A stretch of 64,000 nt of DNA from Hydrolagus colliei (lineage: Eukaryota). Positions 38,631 to 51,135 of this stretch are shown one piece after another (position 1 is the first letter of the stretch; each line of letters begins with the position of its first letter). Location of the stretch: assembly GCA_035084275.1 (NCBI GenBank), contig CM068757.1, forward strand, positions 4,898,001-4,962,000. Direction: 5' to 3'. Below the pieces are notes generated by a model that was not told the DNA's origin, made no database searches, and was given only the letters and a program-made list of their open reading frames with translations. The translations under genes were made by a program, and so were the position numbers.

Positions 38631-38989
38631 ACTCATTGGTTGATATTGCGTTTTGGATTGACTTATTTGGAATTTTAAATGTTGTGGGATACAGAATGCT
38701 GAGGGGCTTCACCAACTCATACAGTTAAGAATTGAAACCCTCCTGAATAAAAAGACTGACTTCAGAAATTCTCACAATAAACTAAATATGTACACATAAA
38801 AATCTTACTCCAATTAAAAGTTCAAGTAACTTAGAACTTGTTGAAATGAACATAATGATATACATGTTTGTCATGTCCTAGCTTCAAGATTTAAATTATG
38901 TTGCAAGCGAAACAGTTTCTGATTTATGCAAGACAGTCACAGACAGTTTAAGCAGACAGAACAAATTAGAATTGAAAGGATTAGTTGAA

Positions 38990-39078
38990 GTAAAGATCAG
39001 CCATGATCTAATTAAATGGCAGAACAGGCTTGAAGGGCTGAATGGCCTACTCCTGGTCCTATATCCCTATGTTCCTAA
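38990..39078 (+). mobile_element. CR1-type 3' UTR (second family)
   Basis: gatcagccatgatctaattaaatggcagaacaggcttgaagggctgaatggcctactcctg...ctatgttccta. Confidence 0.8.
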
Positions 39079-40924
39079 ATCAGACCACAAGTGCTTAAAA
39101 TGATTTTTTTTTTGTATTTACAGCGGGATATAATGGAGTGGAACGTGTACTGGATACAGAATTTCCTATAATTCACTGCAAATTATTCTTTAATAAGATT
39201 GAATTAATAACATTACAATTAATAATCCCCAGTAATGAACTTCAGCCTGCATCAATAACCTGAAAGTCAGTCAACATTAAACCACTGCTGCCGGTACAAA
39301 AAGACCCCAAACTGAATTATCATACATCAATATAGAATAATAATGCACCTTGGCCCCACTAAATTAGTGTAGCATTTTTCAGCCACCTCTCATCCATCCC
39401 CCAACCACTGCCGTCCATCGTTGAGTGAGACATTTTAATTAAAATGGTTCAGGATTCGAGAGCAGAGACTCTGTACGCTGCATGCTGTAAGACTGGGGCC
39501 GTCGCTGTCGAAACTTGGTTGACTTCAGAACTATTAGGGAAAGGATGTTTTCATTGAATCAATCTGAGCTGGTTTAGAATCTAGTTTGAAATAACCTTGT
39601 GCTAAATTTCAACACTTGTAGCTCTCAGCTGCAAAAAAAAATTCCAATGCAGCAAAGCCTTTCAATAGAGTGCAATGAATATAATTCTTTAAATAGCCCT
39701 TAAACTCAGCCATAACAATGAAACTCAGAGAGAATACTGTAGATTCCCATCTTAATTGAATACATGTAAGTCACATGTGTAAGAAGGAATTTAATAAATC
39801 ACAATAATATTCTGAAAGCTCTATTGGCAACAGAATATTACTATCATATTTCAAGGAATTGTTGTTTTCATACAACAGGATAGCCGATTGATGCTATATA
39901 CTTATGTTGTTTAACAACTCTTCAGAAAAAATGATTAGATGAATTATTAATAACCTACTTATTACCTGTGTAGCTGTTAAACATTGTGCCTCCTTGCATG
40001 CTGCACAATTTCCATCTCATTATCCCGTTTCATCTCATGTTTCTTCAATGGACTGTGATTAGCTATTCTTTTGCAATTAGTGTTTATTCTTCAATATGGC
40101 TCAGTGTGATACTTCCTATTTAGATGCAAACTTTTTTTTATTCCACTAACTCCTTGGAAGCTTCTCTTGATAAATCTTTGCATTATAAGAGTCGGAATAT
40201 TCGGAAGTGTTTTAATTCCCAATTATGTCCGTGCACACTGCATTTTTGGTCATTGATGATGTCAATTATTATTGAAAGATATTAACAATATCTTTAAATT
40301 ATTATTGATATTAACAATATCTTTCAGGTCTGACCCTAAATCAGACTATCCTTGTTCTGCGATAGCATCACAAGTGACTCAGAATTGAACAATTTCAAAC
40401 AAATTTATAAATTTGCTCATTGTAGATCGTTTTTGATCTAAATTTACCAAGACAGCAGTAAGAATACGAAATGCTTGCAGTGTTCTCCATGTATCCTTGT
40501 TGCTACCATTTCTACACTGCATAAGTTTCCCCATCATTGTGCTGAACGACAAGTGTGTGCTGTCTCTGCTGATAACTATAGCAACAAACTCATGCTATTT
40601 GAATATATATATATATGGTCGAGGGATTTTTGGTCAAAATAATGTTTTAGTTTCTGCTTTCCACAAAGAAAGATATCAAGGTACCCCTTATTCACCTTAC
40701 CTCTCTGGTTCCTCACTGCCTAAAGTACCTTCTACTTCCTGATTTAAATACAGTGAACAAGGGTTCTTCAGGCAATGAGACTGGTTAATCTCAAACTCGA
40801 GCCCAGTTGGTTTAAGGTACGAAAGCATACTCCTTACTATGTTCCTCTGTATGCGCTAAAACGCTCTGAATCCATGCACAATTTAAGAGTCAGATTAGAT
40901 GCCCATCTTCCTTCCTCCCCTACA

Positions 40925-41110
40925 TCCGGTCCCTGACCAGGACAGTTTCCTTCACCTCTGCCATATTGCCCGGCTCCGACAATACCTCACTCCGCAAGCT
41001 GCCAAAACCCTTGTCTATGCTTTCGTCATCTCTCAGCTGGACTACTCAAATGTCCTCCTCACCATTTCACGTCCTCTACAATTCACAAAATTCAACTCGT
41101 CCAAAACCAA
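40925..41110 (+). mobile_element. L2 ORF2 internal fragment
   Basis: SFLHLCHIARLRQYLTPQAAKTLVYAFVISQLDYSNVLL matches L2 F.HLRNIARLRP.L....A.TL.HAFV.SRLDY.N.LL. Confidence 0.88.
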
Positions 41111-42168
41111 AGATGCGTGCCTAAAACTAGAACTAATGACTCACAGGTTGCCTAAATGACCTGAATTCTTAATTACACCAGTCAGAAAGATATTGGAACT
41201 TAGCAGTACTATCCAAATTAAAAATTTCAGTTTGCAGCACTGGAAAGTGAGATTTCCCAGTGAATGAGTAAGCGATGAGATACATTTGCTTGTTAACGCC
41301 ATTGCTGTCGATTGTAACATGACCCTTTTGTGACAATGTGAATCCATTGAACATGAAAGAAGCAAATGGAGCCACTGTGGAACCACAGTAATAACACAGC
41401 AATAGCAGTGATCATTAAAACTAATGTTAACATGTTACAAGTGTCACAGTCTAATTCTTCAAATTTATAACATCCTCTGCTGAACCATTACAAGTTCAAG
41501 TGACAAGGATTTGTTTGACGATGTTAGTGAAATAAATCAGCCATTTAAATTCCAATCTTCACCGTGTAGTACAGCAATATATGGACAATTCAAACAACTG
41601 ATGTCTCATCCAAGAATAGAATTCAGATGCACCAAAGCGTGTTCTTATGCAAACTGGTGAACCATAGTAATAATGATATAAAATTCCTGGTATAGAATTT
41701 CTGATCATTTGAAACCTCTTAGCAATGACTTAAGCACAAAATGTTCGGTGATGCTCAGCGCATTCCAAAGGAATCAGTCCGTGGTTAAATTTCATCTTGA
41801 GACAATGACAATCAGTTTTGTTTGTTATGTAGGGTTTGGGTAAATGTTTCCCGTTGTTTTTGTTTGAGATTGAATTGTAAACTGGAGTGGGCTAGAGTGC
41901 AAGGTTTTTATAAATTAGTTCTTGGCTACAGATTATTTTGCGTTTTTTTTTTACAAAGCTAGATACATGCAGAACCCTGATGCAAACAGAAAAGAACCGA
42001 ACAAATGAGCTATGCCTTCAATAGGATCTAACTGCAGAATTTTCATTGAAAATACATTAACTCTTCACATGCTACTGTCGAGTCTTATGTTCAAAAGAAG
42101 TCTATTTATCCCCCTGGCGCTGATTAATATACAAATCTGTCTTCAGCCCCTTTATAATTGGAACACAT

Positions 42169-42670
42169 CAACAACAACAGCAATAAGAACAAAATTACAT
42201 TTATAGAGCGCCTTTCATGTTGGGAGGATGTCTGAAGATGCTGAACAGTCAGGGATCGGGACCTGAGCGGGGGTGGGTGGGGGGGGTGGGAGGTGGGGGG
42301 GGCAGGGGGGGGCCGAGGGAAGGGAGAGAGTTGGAAGGATGCAGAAGAGGAGGGTTTTGAGATCGGACTTGAAGGAGGCAAGAGAGGAAGCAAGGCGAAG
42401 GGATTGTGGAATGAAGTTCCAGAGTTTGGGGGCAAAGAGCCTGAAAGCCTGGCCACCGATGGTACGATGGTAGGACGGGTCAGGCGGGGGACATGGAGCA
42501 GACCAGAGGCCACTGAATGGAGTGGGTGGGCAGATTGATAGGGAGTCAGTAAGTCGGAGTGATATGAGGGGGCAAGGCAGTGAATGGTCTTGAAAGTGAG
42601 GACGAGGATCTTGAATTCGATCCTTTGGGGAATGGGGAGTCAATGGAATTGGGAGAGGGTGGGAGTAATG
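42169..42670 (-). mobile_element. L2 LINE 3' ~500 bp
   Basis: IGGQAFRLFAPKLWNFIPQSLRLASSLASFKSDLKTLLF; upstream HWLP...RI.FKIL-like sequence; C-rich UTR, hairpin and ttg tail. Confidence 0.93.
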
Positions 42671-42730
42671 TAATTTTCAAAAGTGCTTCACTAACCAAAG
42701 TTTGATTTAAACCTGAGGAAAGAAAAGATG

Positions 42731-43065
42731 TGGAGCTCCTGTGGCTCAGTGGTTAGAGCACTTGTCTTGCAAGCTGGGGAGACCAAGCTGGGGAGACCTG
42801 TGTTTGAATCCAGGCAGGTCAGGGCCAAACCTTGGGCAAGTTTCCTTACTCCACACGCCTAATAATAATCCCTCCAAAAAAAAATCACAATAATAAAATT
42901 GGTCATTTCAATCCACGACTGTGTGTGGGACACTGCTGTGCGCAATTGGCTGCCGCGATTCGCCCACAAATATATACAGTCAATTCACTTTACAGTGTAT
43001 TCTGTGAAGCGCTTTGGGACATTGATAAAATGTGGAAAGCGCTATATCAAATGCAAGGATTATTA
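42731..43065 (+). mobile_element. Full-length SINE, subfamily A, with a 14 bp tandem duplication in the tRNA head
   Basis: tggagctcctgtggctcagtggttagagc...(caagctggggagac)x2...gtttgaatcc...aaatgcaaggattatta. Confidence 0.94.
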
Positions 43066-43389
43066 AGGAAAGATTTAGTGGAGAAGAACATTTAGTCACT
43101 GGTTAAGGGATAGGTTGCAAGAAAGAGTCACATGTAGGAAGAATTCACCGGTTGGAGCAATTAAAGTGCAGCCAAATAGTATAATTGATAGGAATTTGTC
43201 TTCCATTGCCATCATGGCAATGAAAAGTAGATGCCAACAGAGAAAGAAAGTAATAGATTGAAAGTGGCAGTTAACTGGGTAAAGGTTGAGAGTGTATAGA
43301 TTTTGCTCCTTGTGTTGACAACGTTCCCTCAAAAAGAAGTAGTCTTGCCTGATGTCAGAGACAAAACCAGTTTGAGACATCTCGCCAAC

Positions 43390-43700
43390 ATAATAATAAT
43401 ACTAATCTTTGCATTTGATATAATGCTTTTTACATCTTCTAGATGTCTCAAGGCTCTTCGCAGAATATGCTGTAAAGTGAATTAACTGTATATTTGTAGG
43501 CGAAAGGCGGCAGCCAATTGCACACAGAAGTGTCCAATAAAGGGGGATTGATTGACCAAATTGTTCGCTTGTTTATTTGAGGATTATTATCAAACACGTG
43601 GAGTAGAGAAACTTGCCCAAGTTTTCGCCCTGCTGAGAATTGAACCCAGGTCTCTCGCTTAACGAGGCGAATACTCTAATAACTGAGCTACAGGACTCCA
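43390..43700 (-). mobile_element. Full-length SINE, subfamily B
   Basis: Tail, core and head (actgagctacaggactcca) all present. Confidence 0.92.
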
Positions 43701-44574
43701 CATGAGGAGTTATTTCAAATACAGTACAAGAATTATTATTTTCTTTAAAGTAGTTTAATATCTGAAGACATCACAAAAATATACAGCACTTAAGACCAAC
43801 AAATTTTAAATCAGTGAAAGGAAACACGTTAGATTGAATCCTCAATAAGGAGATTCTTAGTTTTGAAATACTGGTGCAATTTTGACTTGCTACTTGAATT
43901 TGAATTCCAATGTAATTATGTTGGCCTATGATTTCCTTCTTATATGAGTACAATAGTAAATTAAGCAGCTGTTGTTCTGCTTCTGAAATTATCCGTGGTC
44001 CAAAATATTTTACCCATATCATTTCAAATTGGTAGAGATCCTGTGCTGTGTACTCTGAACCCATCATCTTTTACAAGCAGTGAAGCAGAGAATGATTAAT
44101 TAGATTCCCGGTTCATTCGTGGATAATCAGGAATCTTTTGTGATGTCTGGATGTGACACTCACTAGGGCAGAGATGGAGAAAGGGACATTTTTCATATTA
44201 TGCCTTGAGACAGCAATGCCATGCAGGTCTCCTAAATGTGCTGAAAAAGCAAATCAAACCAGGCCTGAGATAGGGATGAACTCTTAAATGATACCAAACC
44301 TAAACTGAACGAATTGAAATGGTTTGGCCAACTTAGAATTTGAATACATTTCAATTTGGCCAGTTTAGACTTCAATCTTGCCAAAGTGACTTGCGTTGAC
44401 AAGACTGAAAATGTTGAAAATGTTGGAAATGCAACATTTCAATAAAACATTAAACTGAGATTCTGTTGAGATAGCGAGTTAAAAAAAAACTGACAAATTT
44501 TGGGGGTAAAATCAAGATGGCATTTAGTTTGGGGGCTTTTGCTACAGTTTACTTGTTGTGGAGTCCATAACACA

Positions 44575-44662
44575 ACTGTGAGAAATCCCCTTCTCTGTTT
44601 AACTTATGCCATAGGATTTTTAACATCAAGCTGAACAGGCAGACACGATCCAGGTTTAACTG
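44575..44662 (-). mobile_element. Deu-domain SINE core fragment
   Basis: tgccataggatttttaacatcaagctgaacaggcagacacgatccaggtttaac. Confidence 0.65.
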
Positions 44663-45784
44663 TTACTAACAGTTCCAAAAGCCCTCCATTGCAATCTATT
44701 GCAAAAGTCTTCATTTTTATGTTTGGAAGAAATGTAGCTGGAAGTACATTGCTTTGGTTGACGGCTGTATAGATGCAAAACAAATTCTCAAAGGAGCAAC
44801 AAAGTCAAAGCAATTGAATAGCAGATTCAATCATCTGATAGTTTTTTTTTAACATACATAAAGCATAGTGTTAAGAATAATATATCTCTTCCCTTTATAT
44901 TTCGCCTCTGGCATTACACAACCAGCTTTATAGTTTGCAACTGTCTGTTTCACAACATTAAACCGTGGCTCTTTGAGAACTTTTAAAGATTCTCGTTAGA
45001 GCCCAGACCAAATTCATTTTCACCCACTGCACTCCACAAAATATTAAAACATCAGTTTATTTTTTGGCTGAAGGGAACCTAGAACTTCAAGTCAAGCAAA
45101 CCTCCAATTTCAAGTCCAAATGCTGAGCCCAGTAGCCACGGCAAAATCAAATAGCAGCATTTAAATAACAAATAGATTTTCACTTCTAAAATGTTACTTA
45201 CCTTTGTTATGATGCAAGGAATAAAAAACTGTAAACACTGCTATGGGGGCATTTGGAGTTATATTGTTAAAATTGGGTTCCAGGCCAGCAATTGCCCTTT
45301 TGTTTCCCCCATTAAATACTTGTGTAATGAAAAAGTTCAATTTGTGCATTTTCTCCTTGAAACTGAAAATACCAATAATAATTTAAAATAGGCTGCTGCT
45401 GGGGAAAATAAATGAATTCCCATAGTGGAAATCATTTGAAACCTCTAAGCATCCTTTATTAAACCACAGAAAGTGATTTAACTTATTAAATCTTCTCTAT
45501 TAAACAGAAAGCCAACACTTTGTCATGCATAAATTTGTTTTGCAAAACGAGAGGGGGACACACAAACTAAAACCGTAACCTACTTGGAATTAATTGGCTA
45601 ATACGTCTTCAAGAACTTGCATTTACACAGTGCCCTTCACCCAGTGCTGTGTTGCAGAGCCATTGACCGCTTAACTCACCACCACACTCCCCGCTTCCAA
45701 ATCTCACCTTGATTTACCTTTCCTTCTAGACTTTTAGTCATCTTTCCCTCCCACGCTCTTCGACGAGCATACAGCCACTACTGT

Positions 45785-46033
45785 AACAGAATTACATTTG
45801 CATGGTTCCTTTCACGCCGGGAGGATGTCCCAAGACGCTGAAACATTGACTGTCTGAAACAGTCAATGTTTCAGACCCGAGCTGGGGTCGGGATCGGGAA
45901 GGTTGGAGGGAAGAGAGGGGAAGGCGGGTGACCGATGGCACCGTCGAGAAGGAGGGTCTTGAGGCAGGAATGGAAGGAGGTTAGGGAGGGGGCGAGGTGG
46001 AGGGATTGCGAGATGGAATTCCAGATGTTGGGG
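45785..46033 (-). mobile_element. L2 LINE 3' end
   Basis: Tail/hairpin, then gagaaggagggtcttgagg...gagggattgcgagatggaattccaga, homologous to 42345-42425. Confidence 0.88.
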
Positions 46034-46084
46034 GAAACTCCCTTCTCTTCCCCTTGAATACCACCCCGGCTCTGCTAGGTGTGC

Positions 46085-46512
46085 AATAATAATAATCCTT
46101 GCATTTGATGTAGCGTCTTATCATGTCATTGAGATGTCTCAAAGTGCTCCACAGGATATACAATACTGTACAAGGATTGTCTGTGTATATTGGGATCGAA
46201 ACAGGGCAGCCAATGTGCACAAAGCAGTGTCCCACAAACAGCCATGGAGTGAATGACCAACAATTGGAGGATTGTTGACCAGACACCTAGAGAAATTCCC
46301 TTCTCTTTTTTGAATAGTGCAATGGGATCTTTGACCTCCACCTGAACAGTCAAACGGGATCTCCATTTAGCACCTCCAATACTGCAACACAACCACCAGC
46401 ACCGCAAAGGAGTGTCACCTTGGGAGTGTGATTCCAAGATCCGACATAAGGTTTGAACCCAGAACCTTCTGACTCAGAGGCAAGAATGCTACCTCCATGC
46501 CAGGCTGACACA
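46085..46512 (-). mobile_element. Near full-length older Deu-domain SINE (SacSINE1/AmnSINE1-like, ~430 bp)
   Basis: Minus head GTGTCAGCC...CTTGCCTCTGAGTCAGAAGGTTCTGGGTTCAAACC; core CAGGTGGAGGTCAAAGATCCCATTGCACTATT; same 3' tail as the short SINE. Confidence 0.88.
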
Positions 46513-46516
46513 CAAG

Positions 46517-46580
46517 TGTAAAGTGCTTTGAGACAGCTTCCTGATGTTAAGTGTGCTATATAAATGTAAATTGTATTGTG
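46517..46580 (+). mobile_element. L2/SINE-type tail remnant
   Basis: gtaaagtgctttgagacagcttcctgatgttaagtgtgctatataaatgtaaattgtattgt. Confidence 0.65.
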
Positions 46581-47475
46581 AGTTGTATGTTATGCTAGAC
46601 GTGGCCTCAGAGTGTTCAGTGCTGAACTGATATCAGTGTACAATGGAGAAAATGTCATATCCCATCATTGTAGTCTCTAATCATTGAAAAGGCTTGAATA
46701 AAACCATTTAGAGTTTATGCACCAGATAAAAAAATAGTTGTCCTGGTACAATCTGTAAAATCCTGAATACAGCATCATTATTCCTATCAAAGATGATTAA
46801 AATGTTCCTATTAACTCAACAAAAGGATGGTTCTAAAAATTCCTTGCAGAAATTAAACTGAATTTTCACCAATGTAGGGCATTGTATGATATTGAATGTC
46901 TTTGATCATACTCCCAAAGGGGCCATTGAACTTCTAGGTCTTTCCTGCCTTTGGAGATTCAGAAGGACTGGAAGGAAAAGATTAAGATCCCCAGATATTA
47001 ATATATAGCTTGATGGTCTTTAATAATAATAATCCTTGTATTTGATCTTTCATCTAAAAGCTAGCATTTGTGGACTTGGCTGTGAAGTTTAAGCTGTGTC
47101 CTTCTCATATTTTGGGACTGTTTGTACATGCCAGGCACAGAATGACATTGCTGCAGCCAAATGCAGTTGACACAATAGGGTCTTAATTGTGAATTTCCCC
47201 CAAATGATTGGTAAATAGCATAAAGATTAAATCTAATCTCGATTTCTATCAAGTCCACATTTGAGTGGAGTATCCAAGATTTGGCCATCGCATATTCAGA
47301 ATTGATCTATGTTTGCATTTTAAATCAATATTTGCAATACTTGCAATGAATAGATTGGGATAATCAATCCAATGACCCACGATGAGATTCAGTGCAAACT
47401 AGAAATCCAAAGCATTCTGTACATGGACAATTAAATCTGAATACTTTGCCTTACTAGTAGTGGTGTTTTGTAATG

Positions 47476-47547
47476 CTGTGAAACGCTTTGAGACGTCTAG
47501 AAGACATGGAAAGAGCTATATCAAATGCAATGAGTATTATTATTATT
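47476..47547 (+). mobile_element. SINE subfamily B tail only
   Basis: ctgtgaaacgctttgagacgtctagaagacatggaaagagctatatcaaatgcaatgagtattattatt. Confidence 0.85.
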
Positions 47548-47877
47548 GACAGACAGATGCAATGAATCAGAGAAGCAATGTGCAGTTACTGTAAATATAA
47601 CCGTGAAACCACTGCAAACTGTTAAATGAAAATGCTATCTTGTGTATGTGGAATAACATGACACATTAGGTGTCCAGCTGCCTGAATTTATTTTGTTCAA
47701 TGTGTTACATTGACATTACCTTTATGAAACAATTGAGAAGGAACCTTGAGAAATTCTCAGAATGAATCAGCTAGTATTCCTTATATCAAAATAAATTAAT
47801 TCTATGTTTCACAATTTATTACAAGTCATAATAAGTGAACTCAGATATTAATTATTTGTCAAACAATTGTCTTTCTG

Positions 47878-47992
47878 AGGAAATAATCCCTCTAAAATAA
47901 TAATAATTTGGTCATGGCTGTTGCCACTGCTGTGTGTCACCCACAAAGTACACAGTCACTACATTTTACATGACAGTATATTCTGTGAAGTG
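47878..47992 (+). mobile_element. Diverged SINE internal fragment
   Basis: aataatccctc...tttggtcat...cactgctgtgtg...cccacaaagtacacagtca...cagtatattctgtgaagtg. Confidence 0.7.
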
Positions 47993-48007
47993 TACAATTG
48001 TGCACTG

Positions 48008-48339
48008 TAATACTACTACTACTAATAATAATCCTTGCATTTGATATAGTGCTTTTCATATCTTTTAGATGTTTCAAGGTGCTTTACAGAATAAGTTGTA
48101 AAGTGAATTGAGTACAGTATATGTTTGCGGGCGAAATGTGGCTGCCAATTGGCCACAACAGTGTCCCACAAACAGTCGTGGATTGAAGTGACCATTTTAT
48201 TATTGTTTTCTGTTTCTTGAGGGATTATTATCAGGCTTGTGGAGTAAGGAAATTTGCCCAAGGTTTTGCCCTGCTGGGAATCGAACCCAGTCTCTCTTTT
48301 GCAAGGTGTGTGCTCTAACCACTGAGCTACAGGACTCCA
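48008..48339 (-). mobile_element. Full-length SINE, subfamily B
   Basis: Complete tail, core and head (gctctaaccactgagctacaggactcca). Confidence 0.93.
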
Positions 48340-49317
48340 ACAATGTCCCACAAATGGTCGTAGATTGAGCGTCCAAGTTAGTATTTTTTTCACACTAGAT
48401 GTGGATCTGTATCTCAGGCAAAATATTACTTCTCATAGGTGCTTGCAAATTTTCTGAAATAGAATGTACCAATCATTTATTTAATGATTGAACCTGAACA
48501 TCCTATCTTGCTGGCTATCTGGTTGATTCCATTTGGTTTGTCTAATGCTACATTTCAGTTCCTAACCAGTCAACCAGTCAGGTCTGAGGACCTCAGGGGA
48601 TTAATTCGATTGAGACGAAGAGAGGGAAATATTATTCATCCGCAGTCAACAACAACCATTTCAACCCAAGAGGATTTAATAATCGAGGTGCCACTGTAGC
48701 CGTATTGCTTATGTAAATCGTATTAAGAAATGTTTGATGCGTTAGCAATGCTGCTGGCAGCTTTTCCATCCATCTCTGCCATTCTAGAATGGATCTCTTT
48801 CAGTGCAAACCTGTTTTGGCCCTGGCATCGCTAATGTAAAAAGAAATCCCAGAAATTGCTTCATTTTTCATAAGGGTACATTTCAGTGTTTTATTTTCAG
48901 CTTTGCAGTAGATTAAACATGCCCTGTGGACTCATTCTTATACTTTCAAATCTGTTTTGTATTTTTCTGCTTACTCCAACAAAAATCTATTCCTTTCATA
49001 TGCAAGAGTATGCTTCCAAAGTCAGAATAATTCTACAGAGCCCTTGAAGTATGTACACTTTCACATGAAATAGATTTTACACTATTAAAGCTATAGGCAT
49101 TATACTCTTGGCCCAATACTTGACGCATGTCCTTCTAAAAGGAACACAAAAATATGTTTTGAACATACACTTCACGCTGCATTGGGTTCCATTTTTTTCC
49201 ACTTAAAAAAAACCCTGTACTTTTTCCCCAGATCACCAGAATGATTTGGATGAAGACGATCTCATTTGATCTTGTGGCTTCAGAATTCCCACCCTACCAT
49301 CATTCTATAATCTCCAG

Positions 49318-49395
49318 AATTATAGGCAGTGAGGAGTGAGCGAGCAGGTCGGAGAGGTCGGGAGGTGTCAGGGAGTGAAGGGACTTGTAAATGAA
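49318..49395 (-). mobile_element. L2 ORF2 fragment
   Basis: ggaggtgtcagggagtgaagggacttgtaaatgaag resembles 42560-42600. Confidence 0.5.
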
Positions 49396-50656
49396 GCTCC
49401 TCTCCTATTCCCCTAACCATGTGTGCCTGTCTTGGAAGAGCTCATTGCTGTACTGGAAGGCGACAACATAACCTCAATGTTGGAACAATCCAGTCTGTTT
49501 TCTCATGGTTCATGATGCCATCTGAACCCTTTAATTGCTTTATCATGCCCCCAGCTTGCTGCCATTTTCTATATTGTTTGTTTGACATCAAGATGACATT
49601 GTTATGATGTACTGTACAATGATGATAATGCTGAGAATGAAAAATTATTTCATGTTGTCCTTACAAAAACTTTCAAATACTTGAACATTCTCCATTGCAA
49701 TTCTGCATCAAGGTGACAGCCATAGTAGCAGCCAGAAATGTTACACCAAATTATCCATATATCTACATAAATATATATATATATATATAAAGTATAACAT
49801 CTATTTAAATATATATATTTATCAATAGATGTTATACTCAATTAAACAGCGATTTTATAGATTAAAATACTCTTAAAGTCATTATTCTTTAAAAAAAAGT
49901 AACGTTCACAATCGCTGAAAGACGGTTAAATACTATTGTAATGTTCCAAATAAAATGATTTTAGTTACTTTAAATTGCTGCGGCTTCCATTGAGAAATAA
50001 GTTTGGTTTACTTAGGATGAGGTGAGAATCTTAAGCAGGAGATCTGTATTATTAATGCTTCTATATGACGTTTCCCAAACTAGCAAATGAGACTCAGCTC
50101 AAACAAAATGTTGAGTGAGTGACTTGTTTTACTAAGCCGACCCATGATGCTGATGGACTTACTTGAGTATAAGTTTATACCAGCATCACAGATATGGAGC
50201 AGAAACTTTAGTCTTTCGAAATTCTGTTGCATTCGTTAGAAAAAGTAATCAACCTCCTGGTTCCCACAACACCTAACCCAATAATCCATGTCCTAATCAA
50301 AGCCGTTATCTTTGCATAATTTCCAAGGGTGGACTGGTAAAGATCATACAGAGCCAATTTTGCAGACCTTATCCCAGTGTAGTCTTATAAATTAGATTGT
50401 GTAGCATGGAAGCAAAAGAAAAACTAATAAAATTCAGCCACCAGCAATCATTTACCATTGGGAATACAATGGTAAATGAACTGGTGTCAGAAGATGGAAA
50501 GCTTTCATCCACAGGGCAGCAGTATCAAAAATAGAGGAATCGTGACTGAATTTTTAATTATGTTTTACACAGAAGAGGGAGTGAAAGGATGAATTGTGGT
50601 TATATTTACATTTTCCATGATAGTTGGAACAGCATTAAATTCAATTTAGATCTGAT

Positions 50657-50785
50657 GTGCCAGCTTAGCTCAGCCGTTAGCACTCTCACCAACAATGCAG
50701 TTACTACACTTTGCAATAAATCCTGTGAAATGCTTAGAGACTTCCTCCCCGTGTGTGAGTAATCAAATGCAATGATTATCATTTA
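50657..50785 (+). mobile_element. Old SINE, head joined to tail (internally deleted)
   Basis: gtgccagcttagctcagccgttagcactctcacc followed directly by actacacttt...tgtgaaatgcttagagac...aaatgcaatgattat. Confidence 0.55.
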
Positions 50786-50859
50786 TTATTCTAAATATAA
50801 CTGCTGCCAAAGATAATGACTGTTTCTTGTAATCAAACACAACGATCCTTTGTACCAGT

Positions 50860-51135
50860 GAGGTTCCATAAACAGCAATGAGGTAAATAAACAATTCATC
50901 TGGAGGATTGACGCCTAACAGAGAAACTCTATTCTCTTCTGAAGTTTACCTTAATGTAAACCTAGAGCAAGCAAACATGCCTTGGGAATGGCTCATTTAC
51001 AGAAGAGCGTCTCCAACAAAGCAGCACTGCACGGGCTTCCAACCAAGTCAGGAAGCTCGAGTCCTGACATGGGGATTGAACTCATAACCTTCCGAGCCAG
51101 AGGCAAGCTTGGTATCAAGTGAGCCAAGCTGGCAC
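50860..51135 (-). mobile_element. Old Deu-domain SINE
   Basis: ccataaacagcaatgag...gcagcact...attgaactcataaccttccgagccagaggcaag...tgagccaagctggcac. Confidence 0.7.

Noticed and set aside
39490-39600. Second LF-SINE-like remnant
   Set aside because: Similarity too weak to support by eye.
50657-51135. 16 bp terminal inverted repeats suggesting a MITE
   Set aside because: gtgccagcttagctca and tgagccaagctggcac are the 5' heads of two oppositely oriented old SINEs; no target duplication.
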